Source: Haliotis cracherodii
Taxonomy: Eukaryota
Direction of reading: 5' to 3'
Assembly (NCBI RefSeq): GCF_022045235.1
Contig: NW_027266264.1
Location: 9,238,001-9,302,000 of the forward strand
Length of the DNA stretch: 64,000 bases
The position numbers and the translations under genes are program-made. This document shows, piece by piece, positions 24,401 through 38,100 of the stretch. The notes under the pieces were generated by a model. It saw nothing but the letters and a program-made list of their open reading frames with translations. It did not search any database and was not told where the DNA came from. Positions within the stretch are counted from its first letter, which is position 1, and each line of letters opens with the position of its first letter.

Positions 24401-27400
24401 ATATACAGCAAGATACCTCGTACTGGCCGGACCACACTGAACGTGTCTGGCTGCATGGTGTTGTTGATTGACTAAAATCGGTTGGATTTAACTGTGATAT
24501 ACTGCCATACGTGCTTGTGTATTGTTGTCATCGGCATACATGATCTGTTCATGTACAGACTTGGAATCTCATGATATATATATACCTCCAAACCACACAA
24601 AGACTAACTTGTGACACCATTCAGAGAGTTGTTGCATGCTTGCCATGCTTTGTTTGATATCTATCGATCGGCACATACGGGTGATCAGGAATCTTGTTAA
24701 TTCTAGCATTGTGAATATAGATGCTGAGGACCAGAAGTCACATGATCCAAGTCCCACAACTCTTTTACCAGCTGTGATACCCACATACGTCGACATTGGA
24801 AAGATTTTTCAGCACCAAATGAACAGTTTGCCATCTTTTGTTGTTGTTTATGATTATTTATCTCAACTATTCCAGAGGAAAGAGAGAGAGAGGGATGAGT
24901 GCTGTTTCCACCATTGTTTTCACCGTCTTCATGAGTTACAGGAGATTATCATGCTACATATGCAAAGGAGTTTTTCATGCCATGGTACCGGCTGTTGATG
25001 AAGGTGTGTCCCCATACAGAGGCTGTATATGTTTTGCCTATGGGGCTGCTTATTATGTTCTATTAACTTTAACCATGGTTATCGAGATCTGGGGCTGAAC
25101 TGATAGCAAGACCATTCGGAAAGATTTCACATTCATACTACATTTTACCAAATACTTCTACAGAAAAATCAAGAAAGGGAGAGGCTGTATGTGTTTAAGG
25201 AAAGTTTTAACTTGTGGTCAGAAGTTAATAGTTCAACTTTTAATGTTAGAACTTTTGGTGGGTTTTCGAAATATTTTAAGAAAACCTGAAGAGTCTGTAA
25301 GATTATTAGTATATATTTTCTGACTGCCTCTGTTCACTGGGTATGTGATGAACTACTCTAGTGTACCTCCATTACAACTACAGAATCAAAGGTAGAGTGC
25401 CTAAGGCGTTACATATCTGGTTACAACTACATATTGGAAGCATTACAACCAGTGTTGGAGTGCGTTAATCTCAACTATGGTTGAATTGTATGATAGTTTT
25501 AGCTGTCTTTTGGTCATACCTAGATAACAGAATGTGAGTTCCAGATATAGCAAATTTTTTTAATATTTTAGTATAAATACAAGAAAATATTAGGTATTTT
25601 AGTTTGAAAATAAAAAAAAATATTGTAATTTGTCCTGAATATGGTTGATGTGAAGTTTTGAAATTCCTGTGTAAATGTTTTTCTTAAATATATGTGTCTT
25701 ATATATGTGAATATCATGTCAAAATTTGTGGTGTTTTTCAGTGTCATGCTTGTGATCATTACTAGTGTATTGGTGTATTGCTGTCTATGATCATGGTCAG
25801 ACCTTTTGGTGTTTGTGATTGGAAGTTAAGAAGGGTAGGTTCTAATCACATTTTAATCAAATCACAACAGAAAATGTCTTTTCACTTTTCTCAATGAGAG
25901 TTCATGCCTTTTAAAATAACCTACCTGCATAGTATGTAAAAAACAACATTGATTGGGAATATTGCTTTATGAACACTTTTGAAGACTCTTATATTTTAAG
26001 TTCCTTAGCTGCATGTATGTCTTGTCAGCAAATTATCACTGGTTTAATGCAGAATCACATTTTTGAACAAGTATATATATATATCAGCTACGATAATTCA
26101 ATGGGGGGAATTTGATGGTTATTTTTGGCCATGAGGTGGTTTTGGAAATGAATTGCGATTTGAAGCAGTCTCTTTAAATCAGCTCTTTTATTCCGATACG
26201 ATATCAGTCGGTGTCAAAATCTGAGGACACCTCCATAGAAGGTTGCGTCAGTGAACCCTGTGTAAACTTTGACCTCCCAATCCAAATGAAGTTTGTGTGG
26301 GCTCTTGAACCAATCGTGTGTCAGCTTTCTGAAACAATTCAGCCTTGTGAATTCACTGCCTTGAATTGGAAATTTTTATCTTGGCCAAAAAAAACTGCCA
26401 AGGAACACAAGTGTACCATACATGGTAACCCTCGTGGGTGCAGTTGTCGACAGGAACCCGTGAACGTCTGGGTTACTATCAGCAACCCATGCTTGTTGTA
26501 AGAATAATAGGATTGGGTGATCAGGCTTGCTGACTTGGTTGGTGCATGTCATCGCATCCCAGTTGCAAAGATCAATGCTCATGCTGTCATATGGATGGAA
26601 TATTGCTTGTCTGAATGCTTTGCTCACTCCACCAAGAATTTCGAAGCCTAGCAACTGATTGGCTGATTACGAAGTTCAACTGTCACGACCTTGTGTAGAT
26701 GTCCTCAGCATGCAAAGAGGTGTAGTATCAAATAAAGGATCGGATTATGATTAGATTGGATTTGGAGACATATACACAAATCAATCTTAATGTACATAAG
26801 ATCAGCATGATCAAATATGATTCCAGTAAAAAATACGTATTCATTCAGTTGAGTTCAGCATTTCACGAATAAAATTTCACGCAATTTCTCTTGTAGGGCT
26901 CTGTTTATTGGTCAGTGTTTATTCTTGTAGTGGTTTAAGAACCTGCCATCAATTCTTCTCGATTCCCTTTTGTCTTTCAAAACATGAGGATTATACTCAT
27001 AGATAATTGATTGTATATTCTGATCACACAAAGGCTTGTTTGTTTTTGATCCCACCAGCTGTAAAAATAGTTTGTACCAATAAATACCTCCCCTACAGAT
27101 TTCCAATATGCAGAGTGTTTAGAACTTTTATTGCAGGAAACCCCTTCTTAGGTAAATTAAGTTATATTTTATGTTTTTTTTATTTTTAGGACGAGAAATA
27201 ACTTCAAGCATGTGTAACATTTCATTCTGACTTTGAAAGTAGGCTGGACATGTAATCTTTTCTCTCCAAAGCCATTGACAAATAGTAGGTGGTATTTTCA
27301 TTGATAATTGAAGTTTATGCAGTCTGAAGTGAAGTTCTGTGTGATCTAGGAAGGTCACTTAATAAAAGTCCAGGTTAGATCACTAAATCTACTGAAAATG

Positions 27401-28776
27401 ATATAATGTACTACTTCTCTATTTTCAGCAGAAACATTAGTTGTTTGAGATGTTTTCAACAAATGCTTGTCCATATTTTGAGGTTTGGGTTTGGTGAAGG
27501 AGTCAGGTAGCAGTTTCTAGTCTAGTTTCTGAAGTTACAAACACCAAGAGATTTCTCACGTTAATGTTAGTATTGTGTATATATTCTATATGTCGTACAC
27601 ACTCTAGTGTCCTTTTAGCAGGTTTCTGCAGTGTAGTTTTCAAGTGGTGTTTACTACATCATACTGATGTCATGTACCTAACTATTTTATATTATATTGT
27701 ATGGAAAACATGGCAAATACATGCTAGGTGAAATAAATACTGGTAAACAGTGCCATGTACAGACACACTTTGAAAACACATTTTTGTGATATTTTACAAT
27801 ATGGCCACAAATATTAATTTAAATTCAATTGAAGCATGAGATAATTGAACACAACCATGTCATTGTTCGGGTTCATCTGTCAATTGATGTGTTTTGATAA
27901 GATAAGATAAGAGCACAGACCAGTATCGTGATACATATTGGATCACACAGCTGGTGTATCATCCCAGCCAAATATTGTCAAATACCTGGCACACTGACGA
28001 TTCACAGTTGGCAGTGTCAAGTGTGGCATAATGGATAAAAATATTTACTTTTTCACAACTGATTTTCACTTCTAATTACTGTTTGGTGTAACAGCCATGG
28101 AAGCAAACATTTAAGGTGTAAATCAATATTTTTTACTTCATTTGCGATTGTGATCATTACTTGTATTGAGAAGTAAAATATTGCGATCCATCAATTGGTG
28201 TATTGTCCCAACACTATTGAAAAGTTAATCATGCGTTTTCATTGTGTGTCAGCATATGTTGTAATCTGATGTGTCAGTTTCAACCGTTACCTCTCGAGTC
28301 TAGCAGAGCTTTCAGACCTTGCACGTGAAGGTGTGCCTGCTTTTTGCTACTGTGGCTTAAAGAGTCCTGTTCCAGAGGTGGGTGGTGGGTGGTGGGTAGG
28401 GCAGTTGGGAGATTGTTTGTCCATCGGCCCTGGGTTTTAACCCTTTATGGTTGCATTTCTGTGAGCCCTTAGCTGTTAACAGTTAACAGAAAATAATGAG
28501 AGCTCCCTAACTTATTATATTTCGCTTCATGTAGAATTATGTAATAATTAAAGGAAGGTAGGTTACTTATACAAATGTTTTAAAACGAGCTAAAGAAGAG
28601 CTAGGAAAGGGAAATAAGTCCTTCTGATAGGTGTCGGTTTTTTTTTTATTCTGCCAAAGTAAAGTTGTTGACCAAAACATGTCACTTAAAATTAGAACAG
28701 AACGGGACATACAGATTTTCATTATACCTGAGTCTTCATGAAAGTTCAATTTGTGTGTACATTCATGGAGTGTTTT

Positions 28777-28942
28777 GGGGCGGTCGGGTAGCCTAGTGGT
28801 TAAAGCGTTCGCTCGTCACGCTGAAGACCAAGGTTCGATTCCCGACATGGGTACAATGTGTGAAGCCCATTTCTGGTGTCCCCCGCCGTGATGTTGCTGG
28901 AATATTGCTAAAAGCAGCGTAAAACCATACTAACTCACTTAC
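28777..28942 (+). mobile_element. SINE family 1
   Basis: Full copy with (actc)n tail. 14-bp TSD tcatg(g/a)agtgtttt. Confidence 0.9.
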
Positions 28943-29579
28943 TCATGAAGTGTTTTATGAGGAAAGTTGAGGTCGGCTCTAATGATTTCATTAGTGATGT
29001 CTGAATGGATCAAACACTCTTGTTTATTATGAGCATGTTAGGTTACTCATTGTCTTCTCTGTGGCGGGTGTAACAAACAATTATATGAAGGTTTTGGGTG
29101 ATGGTATTTGCCATGTTTTGCCACTTGGACATATCCAGGTTTTGTGGTGTATTCTTGGTGTGTAGTTACAGTAGTTAGACATTACACTTTTCATGTTTGT
29201 GTTCTAGTTTCTGCAAGGAGCACCAGCTGTCACATGGAAAGGTCACCAGGTCAAAGGTCATACTCATAGTCAGTGATTATGTGCACATTTTGTTGTTACA
29301 CAGATGTTTACTTGTATTTTGGTTATAATGGACATAAGACCTTTGACCTGCAGTTCCTATTTTCTAGCTGCAGTTATGTAACTACGATCATCTAGTCAAT
29401 TATTCATTTAATCTGGGTTGATGTACACACACTCAAGTATTTTCTCAACTTTGTACGTGGAAAAGTTCTGAGAATCATGATTTTTTCGTGACTCTGACAT
29501 TGATGAAAACAGGTTATGTGTTTGGGAACAGTTGTCGACAAGCTGATATGACCTAAGAATCTCGGTGAGGAATTTCTGA

Positions 29580-30290
29580 ATTTCAAAATTGCCAGTACTG
29601 TCCAGGTGACAGGGAATTAGTCAATTGCCTACCCAGCGTAGGCACCAGGACTATTGTGTTCAAAGTCCTTTTGTGCGTTTCATTGATATTTCCCAAGTAC
29701 ACGAAAAGCAGGGTTCTGTCTTTGGAACTAATAATACACATCAAGAGGCAACCCTGATTGAGAAAATCAGCCTCATTATTGTTCAACATGTTCCTTGTGT
29801 AATAAAGTACTGTGTGCGCCAGCAAGCCAACCAACTCAGATTATTGACTAACAACACCAGCTATGAAGCCATTTTCATAGTGTTGTCACATTCAGGGGAC
29901 AATTTGTCTTAATTCAGGGTACATGACTGCAGCTAGAAGCGAGTCCAGATGTAACACCATGGTGTACAGCAGTAACACACGCAAGCTTTACATGGTCACC
30001 CTCTTGTGTGTGAAACGCAGCGGCATCATCAGTAGGGCTATACTAGTTTTAACAACGTGATGAGGAGTGGCTGCAGGCTTTCCGAGGTGCCACTCTGGTT
30101 TGTGTACATACGGTGTGTTTTTACGATGTCTTTCAGAGCTTAGACAGGGAACAGTCTGCCAACGTATAGATCTGGGTTTTAGAGCAGATGCGATATATGT
30201 TCTCTAGAAAAGGCTACCAACGTGTTCCGTAGTCAAGGTGTTCATCCCACATGTGTTGGAGGACTTGTCTGAGGGGTCCTGCATCAAACT
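29580..30290 (-). pseudogene. Decayed Tc1-like transposase
   Basis: CIISSKDRTLLFVYLGNINETH..IVLVPTL resembles the Tc1 segment GIS..GRT.L....GN.NA..Y...IL.P. Many disruptions; boundaries approximate. Confidence 0.5.
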
Positions 30291-31499
30291 GACTATTCTA
30301 CCTCAGAGAGATAACTTGAGGCTTGTAGAATATCAAAAATTGGTGGAAAGAAAATGTAGATATCTCCGTTTCATATTTTAGCATAAAACCCCCATATTTT
30401 TTTTCATTCAGGTATACTGTCAATTCAAAAGTTAGATCCTTTTTTTCATAATATAATTGGAAAGTAAAAATCAAATGACAGTTGAATTTTGGAATTTGTT
30501 TTTTATATCCGAAGATAATTACCCTTGTCATTATGGACAAACCTCTAGATGGACAAGAAAATTGTCTTAACTTTAATTGAAAGGTTGGCCTCACTTTGAT
30601 TCTCCATGTTTACATGTTTATGTGTATTTATCAGGGGAAGACATTTGTTCCATGTGAGAATGTCTTGTCTGGTACAGTGTTGACGCAGGAGGTTCTCACA
30701 CTCGTCCCCATCTTGGATCCTGAGACCGAGTTTCATCTGTCATTGAGAATGGTGGCCTCACCCACAAGGGATCACTTTTAAAGATGTAAATTATTGATGG
30801 ATATCACATGCATGCTATATAGACCGATATTACATGCATGTAATACCAAGTGATATCCCGCTGCAATATGTGGGGAGAGTGGTACGAAGAGTCTTTCATC
30901 ATTACATTGCCAGCAACCATCACGCCAAGTGCCAAGCGAGTTGAGATCGTTGAGTCATGTCTTGCCAGATCACATGACCCTCGATACATTGTTCAATTGT
31001 TATCAAATCAAGCAAGTCAACTGTTACTATTTAAGAAGAGAAGATGGGGTGCTTGAAGGATGTTTTAAGTGTATGAATGGCTGTACACAACGTCAATAAA
31101 AGCTTGCATCTGTGCTCCAGTTCTGATTTCTGTCTTGCTTTCAATAGTTGCCTTATCATCATTCAAAAAACATTACCATTTTGGAAGTCCAAAATATCAG
31201 GTTGTTGAAGTAATTAAGATGAAATGTGTTTCATGCCATAGTTCTGCTCTGCCTGGAAACTAAAATCAGTCTGAGAAAACAACGGCCAATAGTGTTAAAT
31301 TACTGTTGAAAATGCTAGAAAACTGCTTTTTTGGCTTCATGTAATACATACGAATCATAGGACTGTAAAAAGAGCATATATCAAAATAACCCGAGTTGAC
31401 CTGATCTAGCCTGTCCTATATGACAATGTGATTACCCTTAAAATATACTTTTACAGGTACAATGATGATAAAATGAAAAAAATATTTGTGTGTTGTCAT

Positions 31500-32330
31500 G
31501 CAAGTATGAAATGGCCTACAACCTGAGGTAATTACCTCACACCGTCCCGTGCATTCTCCCAAGTGCAAATGGAATTTTGAATGTTGTGTTACACTTAGCC
31601 AAGATGGGCACAACAGGATTAAGCTCACAATGTCTGACTGGCGTACGTGAGACAACATAACCGTGTTGTGCTGCCAGCATGCATCTTGTACATTACTGGC
31701 TTCTTATTCAGCCGAATTTTCTCCACGAGTTGAACTTTCATTTCATATGGTCTGAAGTCGACACTGTCATATATTCCTGTATGGTCGCCTTCAGACTACT
31801 CATGGTTTGGGTGACAGTATCTGATTCCCAGACGTTATATTAACTGGCATTATCCATGACAGTAACACTGGCGTTTTTTAAAATGGGCAATAGCTGAAGT
31901 TCCAACCAGTCTAGGAACACATCACCTCCTATCATTTCTTTTTGAAAATCACCAGTTTTCTTTTTCGCCTCTAAAACTAGCACACATCCATCAATAAGCC
32001 CAATATCATGGGTTGCAGAGTGCAAAACAATGACACGATTACCTTTACCTGATGGTACCATGGGTGCTTTTTGACCAACTGCCGATAGCCATATGTAGTC
32101 AGTGGAATGATTCATCAAGGTAAATTATCTGGATGCCCTGACTGTTGTAGTTATGAATGGTCCAGAGATAATGTGACCTCATGGACAGGAAAAGTGTTCC
32201 GCCATCGCCACGTGCAGTGTATTGAAATCCAATCTCTTGGAGAGCAATAGTTAGTGCAGTTTGGGAGAAACATTAATTGTATCTTTAATTCCTACCAAAT
32301 TCTACTACAAGTCAACCATTCCGCTCATAA
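31500..32330 (-). pseudogene. Decayed IS630/Tc1/mariner DDE transposase
   Basis: PSGKGNRVIVLHSA...GDFQKEM...FLDWLELQLLPILKNASVTVMDNAS (ORF 31840-32118) is a characteristic ITm DDE_3 segment containing the second catalytic D; boundaries approximate. Confidence 0.75.
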
Positions 32331-33024
32331 AGCTTGTACGCTATATGCCTTATCACCCTGTATCAAAGCTGTCGAATATCCTTTTACTTCCCAGTTTTGT
32401 TTTTTAGACCACCCCTATAATTGTTTTGTTTTCTTATCATACCGTAGACTTCATGGTATGAATTGAAAACCCCATAGTTTGGGCAGTTCGGTAAATCACC
32501 CTATATAAAATAATAAATGGTGTCCCTCTATCTCTCCAAAGTGTAAAGAACTTTTCCCATTACAGACTCCATATCGTGTACCATGGTTATGGCTATGCAA
32601 GTGTAATGTAACATGCATCTTTGGAGCAATGTTAGCAAAAAAAGCGTGTCAATTTTGAAGATGCACATCTAGAATTTTCTCAAAATTATTTTTGTGTGTG
32701 TATTAGATGTTTTACGAAGACTACATTATTATCATTATAACAGAGTCCAATGTACATATGTCTATAGTCCGTTTCAGACTTTCATGATTTGTAAACTTGT
32801 GTTATCATTCAAATTTGTCTCCTGTAAACTTGTTGATAAGGCTCCTTGTGACTGAAATACTTCAAACCACCGGTAGGGCGATTGGTAGTTACTCAATATT
32901 TCAAAAATAACAGTCTGAAAAATTATATCCTTTTTTAACAGGCAAAAGCAGTTTTCTAGCATTTCCGACAGTATTAGCCGGGGATCAATGCTTAGCAATG
33001 TTGGGGCCACCTAATGTCCATTTT

Positions 33025-33174
33025 CAGCGTTAGAAATTGGCACAAGTCCTGTAGTCCTTGCAAAACTGTCAAATAGTTAAGATATCCTAAGGACTAATAG
33101 AAATTTACCCTATTTAAGGGTTTTGCCATATGTTATATTAACAAGTGGACTAGAACTGTTAGTTTCTACCGCTG
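33025..33174. mobile_element. MITE family C (reverse orientation)
   Basis: cagcgttagaaa...tttctaccgctg; homologous to 19518-19673 and 44191-44339. Confidence 0.75.
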
Positions 33175-33197
33175 TTAGTTTCGTACTTATTTAAGTA

Positions 33198-33511
33198 CCG
33201 TATTCACACAGGGCGCTCTCAAAATTAGGAATAGGGGGCTCTTATTAGAATATTATTTTGGTGAAAAAAACAGAGTCGAAAGATAAATTTCGTGGTTTAT
33301 GCTGACAGTCTGAAATGTTTATGTACGACAGATATATTTTTCCAGAATTTAATTGCCCATAATTAAGGGTGCATATAACACACGAGTGTGTATGATACAC
33401 GAAAAAATGAGTCTTGTGTACATTGATCAATCGGAAGGGTGCCAATTGGGATTGTTCACAAGCCAATATGTTAACAAATATCGCCGTGGGTGCTTATTAC
33501 GTCGAATACGG
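33198..33511. mobile_element. Tc1/mariner-type MITE
   Basis: TA-ccgtattc ... gaatacgg-TA. Confidence 0.7.
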
Positions 33512-34501
33512 TATTGAGGTGCAAGGGGACTGTTTTTTTTTAGTCTTGAGAACAGTCTTCCCCTGTGAATGCATCCTCCAGGTGTACCTGAAACCTAGGA
33601 TATTGTTTCTTGGTGTGCTTGTGGGCTTCAACAAGGTAAAAAGCTGAACCACTTCAGGTTTTCCTACCAGGGGATATACCTGACAAACTGTACAAAATAC
33701 CATTAAACCCAATTCCCTCACTAGTGCAGTGAATGCATTTGCCCAAACAAGTATGTTGCGTCCAATTGAATGTGACCTTATTTCAGTATTTAATACAACA
33801 CTCTGTCAAGCAGCCGTCATCAGCCACATGGTAAAGCTGAAGAAAGAGCAGCCATATTATTCAAATCACAATGCCACTTGTTTTATGCCTACATTAGCTA
33901 GCAAGTACAGTTTTCCACATATTCAGGCAATGTCAAACATTGCATCCCAGCAGGGATAAAAAAACGGGTTTCAGCTTGATGGGCAAGCACTTAAACCACA
34001 ATGCTGCCCCACCACCCCTTTTGCCTCCATTAAGTTTATGATCTGTGTGACACTATTAGAGGTTCTGACTACTCGAACAGAGTGTCAAATGAGTAGCTGT
34101 GATGCAAATACGCACAAAACTTTCTAATAAGTCTAAGGGCAAAGGTGGCCCTGTCATCTAACATGCGGCAATTTGCCGTGCAGAGAGGTGTTTCTTTGAC
34201 ATACCAGAAACCTATGACTGTGAGTTCAAATCCTGGTTCGCCACAATACCAATGCTCATGGGTTTCATCAAAGTGGTAAAAGTCATCACATCAGGCCTGC
34301 ATCTCTTAGGGCTTTCCTTCCACATTAAGTTGACATGCCATGATATAACTGGAATACTGTTCAAAGCCAACTCACTTACTCTTATCAGTCTCAAACGTTT
34401 TGTGAAATTACTGAATCAGAGCTACTGTCACGTATTCAATCCGAAATGCCAACATCAGTATTTGCAAACAGACAACAGGTAAATGTGAGATGACACACAG
34501 C

Positions 34502-34799
34502 TTTATTCACGGTTTGCCATCTTCCTACAGCATGCACTCCATCATCCACATCAGCATAAGAATATATACAATATGAATAGCTTGCAAAACTACTTGGAAC
34601 AGGACTTGTTTGGATGATGATGAATAATGTCCATTGAAAACCAGATTCCAAGTCATTTCTTGTACACACCAACCAGAATATTCATGCCAGAATACACTCA
34701 CGGGACAGTTTACAGCTTGGTCAGGATTATGAATATGATGTGTATTTACCTTCAGGGAAATATTCGGTTATTACACCATGAATGAATATGAATTTTATT
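34502..34799 (-). terminator. Candidate MRG15 polyadenylation signals
   Basis: Minus-strand AATAAA at 34794-34799 and 34502-34507, downstream of the stop codon. Confidence 0.4.
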
Positions 34800-35195
34800 C
34801 TTGTTGAAATGATATTGTCAATATCTCGAATTGTGTGCAAATCTTTGTTTAGTTTTAACAACAGATGTTTTCATTAACCATAAACTGAGCAAAAAAAAAG
34901 TTAGGGATAATGAATATGGGAATATATTTTATGAAACTGAGTCCCCTAAAATATGCATGATCCCTAACTATATTTGTTCAGTATACATACACATCTTTGG
35001 TGGAGACGTAACATGTTTTGTCTTCATGCAGCTCGGTTACTGGCAGACACAAACATCAGCGAGACATGATGCACAATTGATGTTTCAAATTCTGCTGCTG
35101 ATGTTTCACTCGTGTCACCTTAATCTCACTTTGCGACCTTCGTCAACATTGACAGTAATGGGGGAATTGTTGTCTTCACAGGGGAGGTAAGTCTG

Positions 35196-38100
35196 TCATA
35201 TTGCTTTCCTGTGGTACTCAGGAGGGGCCACAAAAAAATCATTCAGACTGAATAATGTCGACGAGTTTTTGTGTAGGTATCTGGAAAACAGAGAGTTTAA
35301 AAGATTGAAACAAATTAACTCTCAAAAATACAAATGTTTATGGTATTTTATGACTGAATCAGTGCTTGAGAATGATGCCACATAAGAGTGAGTGAGTGAG
35401 TGAGTTAGGTTTAACGCCGCTATTAACAGTTTTGCAGTTATATCGCGGCGTGTCAGCTTAATGTGGGAGGAAAGCCCGAAGTGATGCAGGTCTCAACGTT
35501 TACCACTTCGGTGAAACCCACGAGCACGGGTATGGTGCTGACAAACCTAGAAACATAATCGGGGCGAACCGGGATTCGAACCCACAATCATAGGTTTCTG
35601 GCGTGTCCGAGGGACGCAACTCTGCACAGCGAATCGCGGCGCCTTAGACGACTGGGCCACCCGTGCCCCCGATGCCACATAAGAACTAAATACACATCCA
35701 CACTGAAACACACTTTTCATACACATTCTATGTTTGCATATACCCTGCATTATATAATTTCAATGTCTTTCTCTTTAGCGGCAGATCCAGGATTGAAAAT
35801 GAGGGGTTCATGATGTGAAGAGAGGTGAATGGGATTTCATGTTGCGCTCAAGATTATTTCACTCACACAACATACATCACTGCCCCACTACATGTGTCTG
35901 GCTGCTTGTACAATTCAGGACTTATATTGGTTTTATAGTGCCAACCCACAGAGTTACTATGCCACAGATGTACTCAAGATGCATCTCTTGTTTTATTCCC
36001 CTAGATCCACCAGTGCCCTAGTCTCCAACTTAACCCCCAGATCCACCAGTGCCCTAGTCTCCAACTTGATCCCCAGATCCACCAGTGCCCTAGTCCCCAA
36101 CTTAACCCCCAGATCCACCAGTGCCCTAGTCTCCAACTTATCCACCCAGATCCACCAGTGCCCTAGTCTCCAACTTAACCCCCAGATCCACCAGTGCCCT
36201 AGTCCCCAACTTGATCCCCAGATCCACCAGTGCCCTAGTCCCCAACTTAACTCCCCAGATCCACCAGTGCCCTAGCCTCCAACTTAACCCCCTGATCCAC
36301 CAGTGCCCTAGTCTCCAACTTAACCCCCCAGATCCACCAGTGCCCTAGTCTCCAACTTAACCCCCAGATCCACCAGTGCCCTAGTCCCCAACTTATCCCC
36401 CAGATCCACCAGTGCCCTAGCCTCCAACTTACCCCCCAGATCCACCAGTGCCCTAGTCTCCAACTTAACCCCCAGATCCACCAGTGCCCTAGCCTCCAAC
36501 TTATCCCCCAGATCCACCAGTGCCCTAGCCTCCAACTTAACCCCCCAGATCCACCAGTGCCCTAGCCTCAAACTTAACTCCCCAGATCCACCAGTGCCCT
36601 AGCCTCCAACTTAACTCCCCAGATCCACCAGTGCCCTAGTCTCCAACTTAACCCCCAGATCCACCAGTGCCCTAGTCTCCAACTTAACCCCTAGATCCAC
36701 CAGTGTCCTAGTCTCCAACTTAACCCCCAGATCCACCAGTGCCCTAGTCTCCAACTTAGACACTAGCCCAAGCCCACCCTGGTCAATTCTGTTCCACTTG
36801 ATCACCTGATAATCATAAGAATATGAAAATATTAAAATAGAAAACTTTCTGGGAAGAAAATCTGAAAGGTTGAAATGTCTTTTTTTAACCTAAACAACAT
36901 TAACATAGCCATTTTACACCACATCCTCACCCTAAGGTATGCTCATGGGGCTACTTCTTTCGTGTGATTTACTTGAGGAATGTTAGTTAAAATTTAACGT
37001 CACATCGACAATATTTCAGCCATATCCTGACGCGAGAAAGTACTACATTCAAAATAGATGTATTCAGACTCTAAAAAACTGTCGTGGAAAGACAGTAAAA
37101 TAACTAGACTTATCAAAGATTTTGTTTAAAACTAGTATAGAACCATAAAAATATATCACCATACCCAACAATACATGATAAAAAGAAGCTGTAGATCGTC
37201 AGCTATAGAAGGAAGATCACCATACTAGGGAACGAGGGGACTTACAGTAGCTTTGCTACCTGCATTGACCCCAGCAGGATTAACACCATCCCTTCAGTCG
37301 CCGACGATTGTACATAATAAGCCACAATTAAATTGACAAATATGCTACGTATAAACGCGTAGGAGATGGAAACATTCTTTGAATGACAGGGACTTGCGAT
37401 AACCTCTCAGGACTTACTTGAGGAAGTCATGGATGTGGGTGAGGAGAAGCTGCACACTCTTCTCATCCAGCGCCGTGTAGGCCAGCATCCCTCCCAGCTT
37501 CACTGAAAACACACTTCCAGTGTTACATTCATACTTCACATACACTGCCACTGAGTCACTGAGGACTCCAAACTAACTGCCATGGCAAACAAAATAGGGA
37601 AAACCATCATTTTGTTCATAAGTGGGACTTTCGTAAAGGTCCTTATTTTCTTAAATTCAGTGCCAAAATGTAAAACTAAACATTAAAGTTTCCTCTTTCT
37701 TATTTGTAGTCTTGTCAGGGAAATGCAAGTCACCTCTGCCAAAGCTATAACATTAGTCACGATAATAATGACATAACGTGGCTATACACATACACATACA
37801 CAGCACCCAGATCAACAATTCTACGTACCGAACAAGCGTAGAAGATGCACAGCTCCATAGATGCTGCACATGGTGGAGTCACCCTTTTCTGATAAAATCT
37901 GGGGACAAGAGACAATCAGTGCTATGCAATGAATCAACAGAAGTTATTTGAAGCTCGCTTTCTTTTTGAATAACCAAACTGATTGTCTCCATCACTAAGT
38001 GTACAACCAGGCATTTAAGACCAACACCTGATCCTGCTGTTACACATAAACCAATCAAATCATTCAACATATCCAGTGTACATGGTCAATCTCATTAAAA

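Noticed and set aside
24569-25098. Overlapping 75-120-aa ORFs
   Set aside because: No domain similarity or exon structure; consistent with chance ORFs in UTR or intergenic DNA.
35829-36805. Repetitive ORFs ([12 protein letters not shown] / [12 protein letters not shown])
   Set aside because: Translations of the 36-bp minisatellite; the frames break at 37-bp units.
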